Both the position numbers and the translations under genes were made by a program. This document shows positions 1 to 9,205 of a stretch of DNA of 57,081 nucleotides, piece after piece (position 1 is the first letter of the stretch; each line of letters begins with the position of its first letter). The notes beneath the pieces were generated by a model. That model ran no database searches. It had not been told where the DNA came from and saw only the letters and a program-made list of their open reading frames with translations. Location of the stretch: the UHGV virus genome UHGV-1373670; one strand, written 5' to 3'. This stretch comes from a virus.

Positions 1-1117
1 CCCAGGTCCAAAGGGCGACCCAGGTCCAAAGGGCGACCCAGGTCCAAAGGGCGACAGCTCCTATGCCATCTACCTCAAGACCACCAAGGATACCCCCAAG
101 CTAACCGAGGCGCAGTATGCAGCAATCAATGCAACGACGACCCAATACCTCTATCGAATAAATAAAGGCACTGAAGCGCTTATGAACGAGCAAACGATGT
201 CGGCAGATCAGCTCATGGAGCTTGACAGCCACCGACGTAACATAATCAACGCCCTACGAAACAAGGGCGCCCAGGTCTCCGACGACGACGGACTGGAAAC
301 ACTGGAGGAGAAGATCGGAGCGCTAAGTATCTATGTGCCGATCATCTTCAGGGCGCAGCAGTTCATTGACTGGAAAGATACATCGTTCCCGACGATGCAA
401 CTCTCCGAGAGCTATCGACCAGCTGATCTCAGCTATTGCTTTGCACGAAATCCATTCCTAAAAAAGCTGCCCGAGGTGCGAGGCATAGAAAATGCATCTA
501 ACGTATCCGCCTTTGCTAATGGTTGCTCCGCTCTGACCAGTGTCTCACTGCCAGACCTCGCGTCAGCACAGATCGCTTCATCGGTCTTTTCGGGCTGTTC
601 AGCGTTAGAAACGGCTACTATAGGCTCACTTCCCAAAGCCATCTCATTAGAAAGCTTATTCAGTGGATGCGGTATGCTAAATTCGGCAACGATAGGGAGC
701 GCTCCAAAGGCGACCACTGTAAAACTGATGTTCTTCAATTGCTCATCGTTGAAGAGCGTATCTCTTAACCTCTCAGGAGGAGGGATAACAAATTCTGAGT
801 ACATGTTCTCGGGGTGCTCAAGGCTAACGTCCGTGACTGGCGTAATAGATCTCACAAGTGCCATAAGTATTAGTAGTATGTTTGCCTATTGCTCCGACCT
901 CAAGGAGGTGCGCGTCAAGGGGCTCAAGGTAGACCTCGATCTCTCCGCCTGCGATTCGCTCTCCGTGGAGAGCGTGAAGTACTTAGTCGATAACCTCCAG
1001 CAGGTGACGGGCAAGAGCATCACGCTTGCGAGTGCTTGGCAGACGGCACACCCCACCGAGGCGCGAGCGTATGCACAGAAAGCCACCGCCAAGGGCTTCG
1101 CACTAACTTTCAGATAG
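1..1117 (+). CDS. Tail fibre / receptor-binding protein, C-terminal part: collagen-like GDPGPK repeats followed by a BspA-type leucine-rich-repeat domain. Open at the 5' end of the window, same frame as the gene that starts at 56477.
   Basis: Frame 2 is open from position 2 and reads PGPKGDPGPKGDPGPKGDSSYAIY..., running with no stop into listed ORF 182..1117. The C-terminus carries repeated F..GCS.L.SV.LP / ATIGS..K..S motifs typical of BspA-like LRR (LRR_5). Confidence 0.7.
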   Translation, partial: PGPKGDPGPKGDPGPKGDSSYAIYLKTTKDTPKLTEAQYAAINATTTQYLYRINKGTEALMNEQTMSADQLMELDSHRRNIINALRNKGAQVSDDDGLETLEEKIGALSIYVPIIFRAQQFIDWKDTSFPTMQLSESYRPADLSYCFARNPFLKKLPEVRGIENASNVSAFANGCSALTSVSLPDLASAQIASSVFSGCSALETATIGSLPKAISLESLFSGCGMLNSATIGSAPKATTVKLMFFNCSSLKSVSLNLSGGGITNSEYMFSGCSRLTSVTGVIDLTSAISISSMFAYCSDLKEVRVKGLKVDLDLSACDSLSVESVKYLVDNLQQVTGKSITLASAWQTAHPTEARAYAQKATAKGFALTFR

Positions 1118-1124
1118 TACAGCT

Positions 1125-1316
1125 ATGGAGATAATCGAACTGCAAGAGAAGGCGGGCTATATGTACGTCAATGCCGAGCATAGCATCGTGGCACGCTTCG
1201 GATACTGCCCATCCACTTACGCCAATCTGTGGAAGCTCACACCCGAAGCTGAAGCCCTCGCTCTCGAGGCGAAGTGGCGAGCAGAGAGAGGTGAACAGCA
1301 GGCAGAGAGTAACTAA
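1125..1316 (+). CDS. hypothetical small protein (63 aa)
   Basis: ORF immediately downstream of the fibre gene; no recognisable motif. Confidence 0.35.
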   Translation: MEIIELQEKAGYMYVNAEHSIVARFGYCPSTYANLWKLTPEAEALALEAKWRAERGEQQAESN

Positions 1317-1364
1317 CAACGGGGGCGGGGTGCAGAGCCTCGCCCCTCCTCAATACAGAGAGAT

Positions 1365-1832
1365 ATGAAGACAAATAGATTAGAGTGGTGGGAGACGCTC
1401 ATCGTGGTCGTAGCCGTGGCACTGATAGGCTACGCCCTTACGTCCTGCTCCCCAAGGGTGCTCCCGATCGAGAACACCCGCACGGAGTGGCGTGACCGAA
1501 TAGAGTGGCGTGACCGATGGCGGTTGGATAGCGTGTATATCCACGACAGCGTATATGTCTCCGAGCGTATGGCAGGCGATACCATCTACAAGGATAAGAT
1601 CGTGTATCGCAATCGCGAGAGAGTTGTCCACGATACGATCAATTCAGGTCGTGTCGATAGCGTGCGAGTCGTGCAGACCATTACAAGGCACGTTGAAGTG
1701 CCAGCCAAGCTCACAGCATGGCAGTCAATGCGCCTCAAAGCCTTTGCCCCCCTGCTCGCTATTGCGCTCGCCCTCGGGGCGTGGGTGTCGAGGAAGTTGT
1801 GGCTACCATTGCTCCGAGGCTTAATTGGATAA
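1365..1832 (+). CDS. lipoprotein with a C-terminal transmembrane helix (unimolecular-spanin-like topology)
   Basis: N-terminal signal peptide with lipobox LTSC (MKTNRLEWWETLIVVVAVALIGYALTSCS); C-terminal hydrophobic helix FAPLLAIALALGAWVSRKLWLPLL; charged, repeat-containing (EWRDRIEWRDRW) middle. Confidence 0.5.
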   Translation: MKTNRLEWWETLIVVVAVALIGYALTSCSPRVLPIENTRTEWRDRIEWRDRWRLDSVYIHDSVYVSERMAGDTIYKDKIVYRNRERVVHDTINSGRVDSVRVVQTITRHVEVPAKLTAWQSMRLKAFAPLLAIALALGAWVSRKLWLPLLRGLIG

Positions 1833-2316
1833 GGATATGAAAGAGATCACACTGAATGTAAGCAAGGTGCTGGTGTACAATGAGGTCAAGAAGAGTGCCA
1901 GCTACCAGGCTGCAAAGCTCATCGACAAAGACCCCACGGCATACGACCGACTTCTCCCTACTGATAGTAGCCGTGAGCTCCTGGAGCGGTATTGGAGAGA
2001 GGCGGTGAATGCCCTGATCGGAGGGATGCGTGGGTACATCAAGGAGCACCCCACTATGTCGGTGGGCCGTGCAGTAGAGCTGGGAGAGAACTTCGTAGTG
2101 AAGCTCAACGTGAGTACCCGCTTCGACGACGGAGCTATACCAGCAATAGAAGCTGGCATACACAGCTTCCTCACCATGGCCGTGCTGTCGGAGTGGTATC
2201 GGACGAGCCACCCCGAGGGTAGCGCACCAGCCTCCGAGGAGGCGAGTACGCACCTATCCGCTATGCTAAAGAAGCTGCACTACAAGCGTCCACCCGTTGC
2301 ACCCACAAGAGCCTAA
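1825..2316 (+). CDS. hypothetical protein, member 1 of a tandem paralog triplet
   Basis: 163 aa; shares a C-terminal motif (IHSFLTMAVLSEWY) with the next two genes. Confidence 0.5.
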   Translation: MDKDMKEITLNVSKVLVYNEVKKSASYQAAKLIDKDPTAYDRLLPTDSSRELLERYWREAVNALIGGMRGYIKEHPTMSVGRAVELGENFVVKLNVSTRFDDGAIPAIEAGIHSFLTMAVLSEWYRTSHPEGSAPASEEASTHLSAMLKKLHYKRPPVAPTRA

Positions 2317-2322
2317 GCCAAT

Positions 2323-2823
2323 ATGCAGAACGTAACTATTAGTATCAAGCTCCCCGAGGTCTACTACCAGGTGGCACTACAAGCGCACCTTCTTGGGGAG
2401 ACCGACTTATCGCAAGACAAAGACGCACGGGCCGTATCCCTCTCCCAGCTCGACGTAGAGGGGGAGAGTCGTGAGGTCATCCTTCGTGCGGTCAAAGCGT
2501 CCGACACAAGCCTGCGCCAGCGTCTGCACCTCTATCTCACGGAGGAGAATACAGCAACGTCCGTAGACAATGTGCCAAAGGACGAAGATGCCCTCACCTT
2601 CTCTCTACGCCTCCCCGACAACTTCTTCCTGCCAGCAGTCAAGGATATGGAGGAGGCTATCCACCATTACCTGGTCCACTCGTGCCTATCGGAGTGGTAC
2701 GCACTGATGAAGGATGAAATGGCAAGCGCATACAGCAAGTTCGCACAAGCGGACCTCGACAAGATGAAGCAGGCGTCATCGCGACGCATACGTCCTACAC
2801 GACCAGCTAACCCCTACGAATAA
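2323..2823 (+). CDS. hypothetical protein, member 2 of the tandem paralog triplet
   Basis: 166 aa; motif IHHYLVHSCLSEWYALM; same size, orientation and tight spacing. Confidence 0.5.
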   Translation: MQNVTISIKLPEVYYQVALQAHLLGETDLSQDKDARAVSLSQLDVEGESREVILRAVKASDTSLRQRLHLYLTEENTATSVDNVPKDEDALTFSLRLPDNFFLPAVKDMEEAIHHYLVHSCLSEWYALMKDEMASAYSKFAQADLDKMKQASSRRIRPTRPANPYE

Positions 2824-3416
2824 TGGAGAGACGAACATACCTTCACGACCTTAACGCCCGTCTTATTACAGAACGCCTCGACGGGGATCACCAGCGGGCT
2901 ACGCTCACCTTCTATACAGATGAGCTCATATACGACATACGCAACATCGCTTATATCTATGGTGTGGCTAAGTCGGACAAGCAGCCCGACGTAGACAATC
3001 ATCTTACCTTTGATATTGGCGAAGAGGGGAATGTGGATCGTATCGCGCGTGTGCTGGACCTTTCTTTCAGTGAGATCCAGGAAGCACTCTACCCTTACAC
3101 GCGTTCCCCCCTGCTGGAGGACCAGGGCTGCGGGTGCGAGATACACCAGCGTGACGATATACTCGACACCGAGCGAGAGGAGTACACCCTCAATATGATT
3201 GTACCTTCGCTCATGTCGCGGCATACGCTCACCTATGCGGAGAACTGGATACACGAGTTCCTGGTGTGTCGCGCCTTTGCAGAGTGGCTGATGCTCATCG
3301 GGGATAGTAGCTTTAATGTGTGGCTCGAGAAGGCTGAGATAGCCAAGAAAGAGATCATGCGAGCTATGGCTCGACGTACAGGGAAGATCCGACGCAAGAT
3401 GAGCCCGTTTGTATAG
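2823..3416 (+). CDS. hypothetical protein, member 3 of the tandem paralog triplet
   Basis: 197 aa; motif IHEFLVCRAFAEWLMLI; TAATG overlap with the preceding gene. Confidence 0.5.
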   Translation: MERRTYLHDLNARLITERLDGDHQRATLTFYTDELIYDIRNIAYIYGVAKSDKQPDVDNHLTFDIGEEGNVDRIARVLDLSFSEIQEALYPYTRSPLLEDQGCGCEIHQRDDILDTEREEYTLNMIVPSLMSRHTLTYAENWIHEFLVCRAFAEWLMLIGDSSFNVWLEKAEIAKKEIMRAMARRTGKIRRKMSPFV

Positions 3417-3433
3417 GTCTCGACACAAACAAA

Positions 3434-3480
3434 AAGCGGGGGCAGCTACCGAGGTATTCTCAGTAGCTGCCCCCGCTTCA
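3434..3480. terminator. bidirectional intrinsic terminator between convergent genes
   Basis: Perfect GC-rich inverted repeat gcgggggcagctac / gtagctgcccccgc (3436-3449 / 3463-3476) flanked by an A-run and a T-rich tract, between the + gene ending at 3416 and the - gene ending at 3496. Confidence 0.7.
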
Positions 3481-3495
3481 TTTGCAGAGAGGTCT

Positions 3496-6126
3496 CTATC
3501 GTGGCTTATCTGTCATCTTGGGTAGGTACTCAATGGTACACCCAAAGATCGCCTCCTCGGGGTCAAGCTGGCAGAGCAAGGCCACCTTGAAGAACTTGAA
3601 AGGAGTACCGCTGATACCTCGCAGGATATGGTCAGAACTTGATGAGATCACATGCCAGTCGAAGAGGTCACGCGAGCCGTAGAGGATCGTTCGCACGTGG
3701 CCCTTGCGGAAGTACCCACGCTGTATAACAGAGCGGATAGTCTTCATCGTGTCGGGTGCTCCGAGCTTCAAAGGTCGTGTCACCAGCAACCCTCGTACGC
3801 CCTTCGTTGGGTCGATCTTAGAATAGTCCACCACCTTACCATCCTTCGTCACGGCTATCGTCTGCGGGTAGGAGTTCACGGCCTTGCGAATGTCGGTAGG
3901 AGTAGTACTCCACTGCTTACTCTTGAGCGAGTAGACGTAGGTGTACGACGTCTTGGGGTTGTAGGCATACAGACGCTGACGTGGGTAGTCGTAGATCATC
4001 TCTGCCTCAGCGAGGAAATCCTTGAGGGGGAGGTGGTCTGTCTGCTCCTTGGGTATGCCAGCCTCCCTGGATAGCTCGTCGGACTTTGGCAAACTCTTCA
4101 ATGAGGTGCTTCGGTTTGGATCAAGCGAGTCGGAGATACACACACATTGCGAGCCTGACAACATCATGATACCACGCTCAGAGGTGAACAGCACCGCGTT
4201 GTCGATCTGCGTTATGCTCTTTGGATTGATGCACACGTCACGTGAGATCGGCTGCTTGGCGGTATATGTCCCGTCCTTTGCCACCTCGAGAGCCCATACG
4301 CCATCTGTGGACAGGGCATAGAGGGGGAACTGACCGAACTGACCTGCGGAGAGAGCCTTCGTGGCTGCACTAATCCCGAGGATCTTGCCCGTGCCGATTG
4401 AGTTCACCCCACGCGTCGGGAAGTTAAACGGGTTGTTCACCTCCGAGGTGTACACCTTGTTGGGCAATGGGAAGGTACGCTTAGAGGTGGCTTGCACATT
4501 GCTCTCGAATGCACGGAGGTCACGCTCCGAAGAGCTCACCCATCCCTCAATAGGAGACAGGTGCGTGCCCATAGCATAAGCTCCTGAGAGGAAGCTGTGC
4601 TTTGTGAGCTCTCGCTCCAGCTTCTTGTATATCCAAGTCGATCCTACTACCTCCTGCTTGTATGCCACCACCTTGTAGGCTCTGTTATCGGGGCAGTAGA
4701 CGAACGTCAGTAGCTTGTCTACATCCACGCTCGAATATACCCCTGCACTTATATATACGTCCTCCCCGTCGTCTCCCTTGATGACGAAGAACATATATAA
4801 GAACTGGCTCGCCACGGGTGTGGTGTACGGGAATAGCCTCCAGCGATCACTCTGTGCGAGCAGCTGCTCGGATAGGCCCGTGATATTTAGACGCGAGTTG
4901 TAGATATACGCGCTCGTCGGCACGGTCTTGTGATGCGACTTCGCGTCATCATGGAGCGTTTCGTACGTGGCGATGTGCTCTAAGAAGCCCTCCTTGTCGA
5001 AGCGCATATCCAGCTCATGGCTTAGAGATATAACCCCTGGCTTTATCTCGGCTGACTTGATGAGGTAGAATGAGCTGATGCCCCTAATCTGAGCGTCTAC
5101 TCGCTCGGAGTTGTTCAGGGCGTACCATTTGTTATCGTGCCATGCCGTCGGGTCTAAGATATTCACCTCCCACTCGCCAGGTATGACCCACGGCTGGAAG
5201 CGTCCCGTGCTACGTATCTCGGGAGTGAAGCCTGAGTAAGCCCTGGATATGGAGAAGGGTCGAAGGATGAGACCGAGCGGATCAAGGACAGAGCCATTAC
5301 CCGTGAGCGGGTGCTCCTGGTCCCATGTGTATATAGGAGACGATATAAAGAAGTCTACGCTCTTCACGATGTCCCCCCACTTAGTCAGCCGCTTGTAGTC
5401 CTCGGGGTCGTCAAGTGCGTGGGAGAGATCGCTCACAGATAGCGATAGCTTTATCTTACCTCCGCTGAACATGAACCGATTGCAGGTATTCGGGATCATA
5501 AGCACAGGAGGCGACGGCATCGTGGTAGATCCATCATAGAGCCTGAGAGCATAGCGGATAAAGAAGGGGAAGATGAACTTACCCTCCTTGTCGTAGTGCT
5601 TGGCGCGCATCCTATTGAGTAGCGACGCCAGCTGCTGCTCGCGATCTCGCCCCCTATCGTAGTCCTCCTCTACCACTACCTCCTTAGTCTTGAGCGCGAA
5701 GGACAGCTTGGGGAATGGTATCTGATCCCCCAGGTGTATGTATCCCTTTGTGGAGTCCTTGTAAAGGAAGTAGTGCATACCCGTAGGGGTGAGCACAAGG
5801 AGCGTATTGCCAACGCTCTGTATCTCCGTGATGTCCTTGCCCACGCTATCGAGCGGCACTAATGTCCCCCCGTCCTTGGTGTATGCGAGCTCTCCCGTCT
5901 CGGGGTCACGAAGGATATAGTGGCGAAATGACGGGGTCACATGAACGTGATCGATCGTCTTCCCCTTCGGCAGGTCAAAGATTGCAGCTGGAGGCTGAAT
6001 AGGCTTCAAAGCCTCATCCTCGGGGACAAGGCCTGACACACCTTCGAGATCCCCGTCGGGCACTGCATAGTCGTCGGGGGTTGTGGAGAAGCCGCGGTAA
6101 CGGATCTCTCGTATCTGTGTAGGCAT
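3496..6126 (-). CDS. large hypothetical protein (876 aa), last gene of the minus-strand operon; possible structural or tail protein
   Basis: Long uninterrupted ORF, no catalytic motif recognised by eye. Confidence 0.55.
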   Translation of the reverse strand: MPTQIREIRYRGFSTTPDDYAVPDGDLEGVSGLVPEDEALKPIQPPAAIFDLPKGKTIDHVHVTPSFRHYILRDPETGELAYTKDGGTLVPLDSVGKDITEIQSVGNTLLVLTPTGMHYFLYKDSTKGYIHLGDQIPFPKLSFALKTKEVVVEEDYDRGRDREQQLASLLNRMRAKHYDKEGKFIFPFFIRYALRLYDGSTTMPSPPVLMIPNTCNRFMFSGGKIKLSLSVSDLSHALDDPEDYKRLTKWGDIVKSVDFFISSPIYTWDQEHPLTGNGSVLDPLGLILRPFSISRAYSGFTPEIRSTGRFQPWVIPGEWEVNILDPTAWHDNKWYALNNSERVDAQIRGISSFYLIKSAEIKPGVISLSHELDMRFDKEGFLEHIATYETLHDDAKSHHKTVPTSAYIYNSRLNITGLSEQLLAQSDRWRLFPYTTPVASQFLYMFFVIKGDDGEDVYISAGVYSSVDVDKLLTFVYCPDNRAYKVVAYKQEVVGSTWIYKKLERELTKHSFLSGAYAMGTHLSPIEGWVSSSERDLRAFESNVQATSKRTFPLPNKVYTSEVNNPFNFPTRGVNSIGTGKILGISAATKALSAGQFGQFPLYALSTDGVWALEVAKDGTYTAKQPISRDVCINPKSITQIDNAVLFTSERGIMMLSGSQCVCISDSLDPNRSTSLKSLPKSDELSREAGIPKEQTDHLPLKDFLAEAEMIYDYPRQRLYAYNPKTSYTYVYSLKSKQWSTTPTDIRKAVNSYPQTIAVTKDGKVVDYSKIDPTKGVRGLLVTRPLKLGAPDTMKTIRSVIQRGYFRKGHVRTILYGSRDLFDWHVISSSSDHILRGISGTPFKFFKVALLCQLDPEEAIFGCTIEYLPKMTDKPR

Positions 6127-6135
6127 ACTCTATAT

Positions 6136-6519
6136 CTATTTACGTGGTGGCTGGATCTCGTAGTAGGTGGTGCTGGCTATCTGACGACGCTTGACGTAGA
6201 GCTGGACCACCTCATCCTCTATGTCGTATCGGTAGAGGATAGCGGCAGCCGTTGGCGTCAGGGTCTCGAAGCCGTGGGTGTTGGTATCCTCGTTATACTG
6301 GATAACTGGGGCAGCCTTTACCTGGGCTTCAGAGGCATCCTCGGGCAGGAAGGAGAAGCCGTATGTGGCGCGATCCTGTATCGAGAATACAAGCATACGC
6401 CTGCCGACAGCTTTCTCCCCTCCCATTTCTCGCAGTAGTCGAGGTGAAAGTGTTATTGACGAGTCTCGCGAGTCTATGGTCACAAGGCGTTTGCGCTGGT
6501 CGAGTAGCTTGTTAAACAT
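6136..6519 (-). CDS. hypothetical protein (127 aa)
   Basis: ORF in a tightly packed minus-strand operon. Confidence 0.4.
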   Translation of the reverse strand: MFNKLLDQRKRLVTIDSRDSSITLSPRLLREMGGEKAVGRRMLVFSIQDRATYGFSFLPEDASEAQVKAAPVIQYNEDTNTHGFETLTPTAAAILYRYDIEDEVVQLYVKRRQIASTTYYEIQPPRK

Positions 6520-6742
6520 AGGGTTGGAAGTTGGTTATCTTGGTACGGCTTCGGAATGAGATCGTCTTGATGAAGTTAAACGACCTGTTCGACGCAAGGA
6601 TCTCTCGGTGGGCCCTCGCATCCTCCTTTGTCTCGAAGATGTGGGAGGCTATCTCGCAGTTGCGCGTGCCTATATGGTAGACGATATTCGCGTAGTATCG
6701 ACGACCGAGGATGTGGTCAATGATTAGTGATAGTAGGTTCAT
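6512..6742 (-). CDS. hypothetical protein (76 aa)
   Basis: ORF in the operon; overlaps its neighbour by 8 nt. Confidence 0.3.
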   Translation of the reverse strand: MNLLSLIIDHILGRRYYANIVYHIGTRNCEIASHIFETKEDARAHREILASNRSFNFIKTISFRSRTKITNFQPYV

Positions 6743-6803
6743 AGCTCTGCTTTTGAAGTAGCCCCCTCTCCGCTTGTCGTGTGCAGAGAGGGGGCTGGGT
6801 TAG

Positions 6804-7004
6804 TTACTCTTTGGGGGTGTTGTGAAGTGCATTGAGGAACGCCTCGGCTACCGCCTTGCCGTATCGGTCGGAGAAGCACCCATTAAACTCTATGCTTAGC
6901 CCTGGCCCGTGAAGCGTAAACCGAGTGTGCGTAGCTTCGTCGAAGCCGAATTGAGATCCGCCAGGGATCGTCGTCCACTGAACGCGTGGGTGTGAGATCT
7001 TCAT
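6804..7004 (-). CDS. hypothetical protein (66 aa)
   Basis: ORF in the operon. Confidence 0.3.
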   Translation of the reverse strand: MKISHPRVQWTTIPGGSQFGFDEATHTRFTLHGPGLSIEFNGCFSDRYGKAVAEAFLNALHNTPKE

Positions 7005-7006
7005 GG

Positions 7007-7393
7007 CTATGCAGCTTTGATGATGTCTACAATGTCGAGGACTCGAGCGTCGGTGACGTCTTGGATACGTCCGTAGCTTGCCATGTCGCTGGCATCCATG
7101 ATTGACAACTCCTTGACAAGCGTCTTGCGCGTCACCTTCTTGCCGTCCACCTCATCGACAACACTCACGATATAGTATCCAGCCGACGTGCTGTCCACGT
7201 CAAGCCCCATGGCGTCGTTTACCCCTAACGGCTTTAGGCTCTTGATAGCCACGGGTGATGGCGTGAGCTCATTGAGGTACTCCAGCGTGCGTGCCTCTGC
7301 CTCCGTGTAGGAGGCTGCATTGACGAGGTAGGTCTCGGTGATTTTCTTGTCCTCCAGGTTATGGTAGGATACTCGTGCGATAAATAGGTCCAT
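7007..7393 (-). CDS. hypothetical protein (128 aa)
   Basis: ORF in the operon. Confidence 0.4.
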   Translation of the reverse strand: MDLFIARVSYHNLEDKKITETYLVNAASYTEAEARTLEYLNELTPSPVAIKSLKPLGVNDAMGLDVDSTSAGYYIVSVVDEVDGKKVTRKTLVKELSIMDASDMASYGRIQDVTDARVLDIVDIIKAA

Positions 7394-7412
7394 GTTAGTT
7401 TGTATTAGTTTT

Positions 7413-7730
7413 CTATCTGTTCTTTACTCGGTCACCTACATTCGTATGCATATAGGTGACTGCATCGACTTTCAGCTCTGTTACGTCCCCGTTGTCAAGC
7501 CTGACTTTGAGATAGTACCTATCGGGTCTATACACTATATCCCCCTCCCAAAAGCCCCAGTCGTACCCAGCAGGGTCTGCCACCTTCTCGATGACCACCC
7601 CTTCTGATCGTAGTATTCGCTCGGTTGCTTGTTTCCGTTTGTACTCCTCCGAACAGGATAAGGTCGTAGCGATAGCTCCAATGAATATGAATGCTATAAC
7701 GTAGTCTATACACTTAGCGTACTTGTTCAT
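7413..7730 (-). CDS. small lipoprotein (105 aa)
   Basis: Signal peptide with lipobox LSCS (MNKYAKCIDYVIAFIFIGAIATTLSCSEE). Confidence 0.45.
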   Translation of the reverse strand: MNKYAKCIDYVIAFIFIGAIATTLSCSEEYKRKQATERILRSEGVVIEKVADPAGYDWGFWEGDIVYRPDRYYLKVRLDNGDVTELKVDAVTYMHTNVGDRVKNR

Positions 7731-8088
7731 AGTCGTTCTCCTTAGTCGTTATTCCGAGTAGACTGCATGCGCGCTTTATGCGGTCTTTGTCTGCAAGCCT
7801 CTTTATGTCATCAACGCTGGTGTCGTTGTGTGGGCTAAGTACTATTTCATACGGGGGATACATGTGCTGAACCACATCCATTGTGCTTAGATACAGTGCG
7901 GCACGTGTCCGATTGCCATTATCGTCAAACACCTCCCGAATTGTGTAGAATACATCTGCATCTGCCGATACCTCCATAAGTTCAGCGTAGTGGTCTACCA
8001 CCTTCTCACCATCCATATCAAATGGGTCTGTGCAGTTCCACTCCAGCGGGTTCTTCTCTAGCTGTTGCTTTACTTCTTCTCGTGTCAT
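7714..8088 (-). CDS. hypothetical protein (124 aa)
   Basis: ATGA-coupled to the upstream gene; N-terminus MTREEVKQQL resembles the 8671..8925 product. Confidence 0.4.
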   Translation of the reverse strand: MTREEVKQQLEKNPLEWNCTDPFDMDGEKVVDHYAELMEVSADADVFYTIREVFDDNGNRTRAALYLSTMDVVQHMYPPYEIVLSPHNDTSVDDIKRLADKDRIKRACSLLGITTKENDYEQVR

Positions 8089-8375
8089 TTGATTAAGTTG
8101 TCTACTATGTTTAGCAATACTCTTGTCACAAGCGACCTCTTTGCGTGAAGTAAGTTGTTAGCCGTTAGCTCAGTTGTCGAGGTTACTGACGCATCCTTGC
8201 AGTAGTATATGGAGGACTCGTCTACTGCTATACACAAGCCGTTGTAACTCTTCTTCGGGAAGAAGTAGAAATCTCCGTCCTTCTCCACAGGTATCGATAG
8301 TCGCCCTGTGCTATCTTTTATCGTAAGCATATCTCCGTCGAACTTCATTCCCATATCTTGATTAGAGCGTGTCAT
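8085..8375 (-). CDS. hypothetical protein (96 aa)
   Basis: ATGA overlaps on both sides. Confidence 0.4.
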   Translation of the reverse strand: MTRSNQDMGMKFDGDMLTIKDSTGRLSIPVEKDGDFYFFPKKSYNGLCIAVDESSIYYCKDASVTSTTELTANNLLHAKRSLVTRVLLNIVDNLIK

Positions 8376-8674
8376 AGCGTCTTTACTAATTCTCTAAGGT
8401 CTTTCATGCATAGGTGGATAGAGCGCATTCGCGTTTGCGCATCCTCGCCACCATCGAGCTTGAATTTTATGTCCATTTCAATCTCGCCACCAAAGTCACC
8501 CTCACTCCTTGAGCGGGATACTATCCGAAAGTGCTCCCACTTCGGATTATCGTCATCACCCTTATTACGGCAGGTGTATTGCACCACCCTGCCATCGTCG
8601 AGGTAAGCCGTTCCTATTAGTAATCCTTTGCCGTGCTCATCCCACGTTAGCGTGGGTGCTATCTTCTGTGTCAT
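8372..8674 (-). CDS. hypothetical protein, about 100 aa, internal start MTQKIAPTLTW
   Basis: The listed ORF 8372..8884 has an arginine-rich N-terminal extension that overlaps gene 8671..8925 in another frame. An ATG at 8674 gives an ATGA junction with the upstream gene. Confidence 0.35.
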   Translation of the reverse strand: MTQKIAPTLTWDEHGKGLLIGTAYLDDGRVVQYTCRNKGDDDNPKWEHFRIVSRSRSEGDFGGEIEMDIKFKLDGGEDAQTRMRSIHLCMKDLRELVKTL

Positions 8675-8925
8675 AGTTCGTTGTTTACTATGTAGGTTAT
8701 AGCTAACTTCTTTAGCTTTGGCTCTGACCTTCCGATGTCGCCATATATCTTCTTCATTGGCTTCCTGCCCCCTATCTTCCACACCTCGATAACGGTTCGC
8801 CTTTTGCCGACCCTTGTAAGGTATGCATGCAGCCCTTGTGGTAGCCTTGTACACAGGCACCCAGTGTATGGCGACTCCACCCAATAGATGTCTCCGATTA
8901 ACTTTCGAGCTTCCTCTCGTGTCAT
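8671..8925 (-). CDS. hypothetical protein (84 aa)
   Basis: ORF MTREEARKLIGDIYWVESPYTG... Confidence 0.4.
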   Translation of the reverse strand: MTREEARKLIGDIYWVESPYTGCLCTRLPQGLHAYLTRVGKRRTVIEVWKIGGRKPMKKIYGDIGRSEPKLKKLAITYIVNNEL

Positions 8926-9205
8926 AGTTCGTTGTGTTTTGTAGAGTGCTCCCCGCCGTCCCAGGCGCGTGAAGGTCTCGCGTGCGGTAAATCGCCAGCA
9001 GGGCGCACTCGTGGCCTACTTACTTGTCAGGATGAAGTCAAATGGGGAGCAGTACCTTGGATCGTCAGGGGATAGCCCTGCGTTCTGTTCGTGGGTGTAT
9101 TCCTCCACCCATTTGCCAGCCTGCCCATACGTTGCGAACTCTCCGCAGATAGCGTCGGTGAGTCTGTTCTTTACGATGTACTTCATTTTCTTTTCGTTTT
9201 AGTGG

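Noticed and set aside
8372-8884. Full 170-aa version of ORF 8372..8884
   Set aside because: The N-terminal 70 aa are arginine-rich frame overlap with the 8671..8925 gene. The internal ATG at 8674 gives a canonical ATGA coupling, so the shorter gene is preferred.
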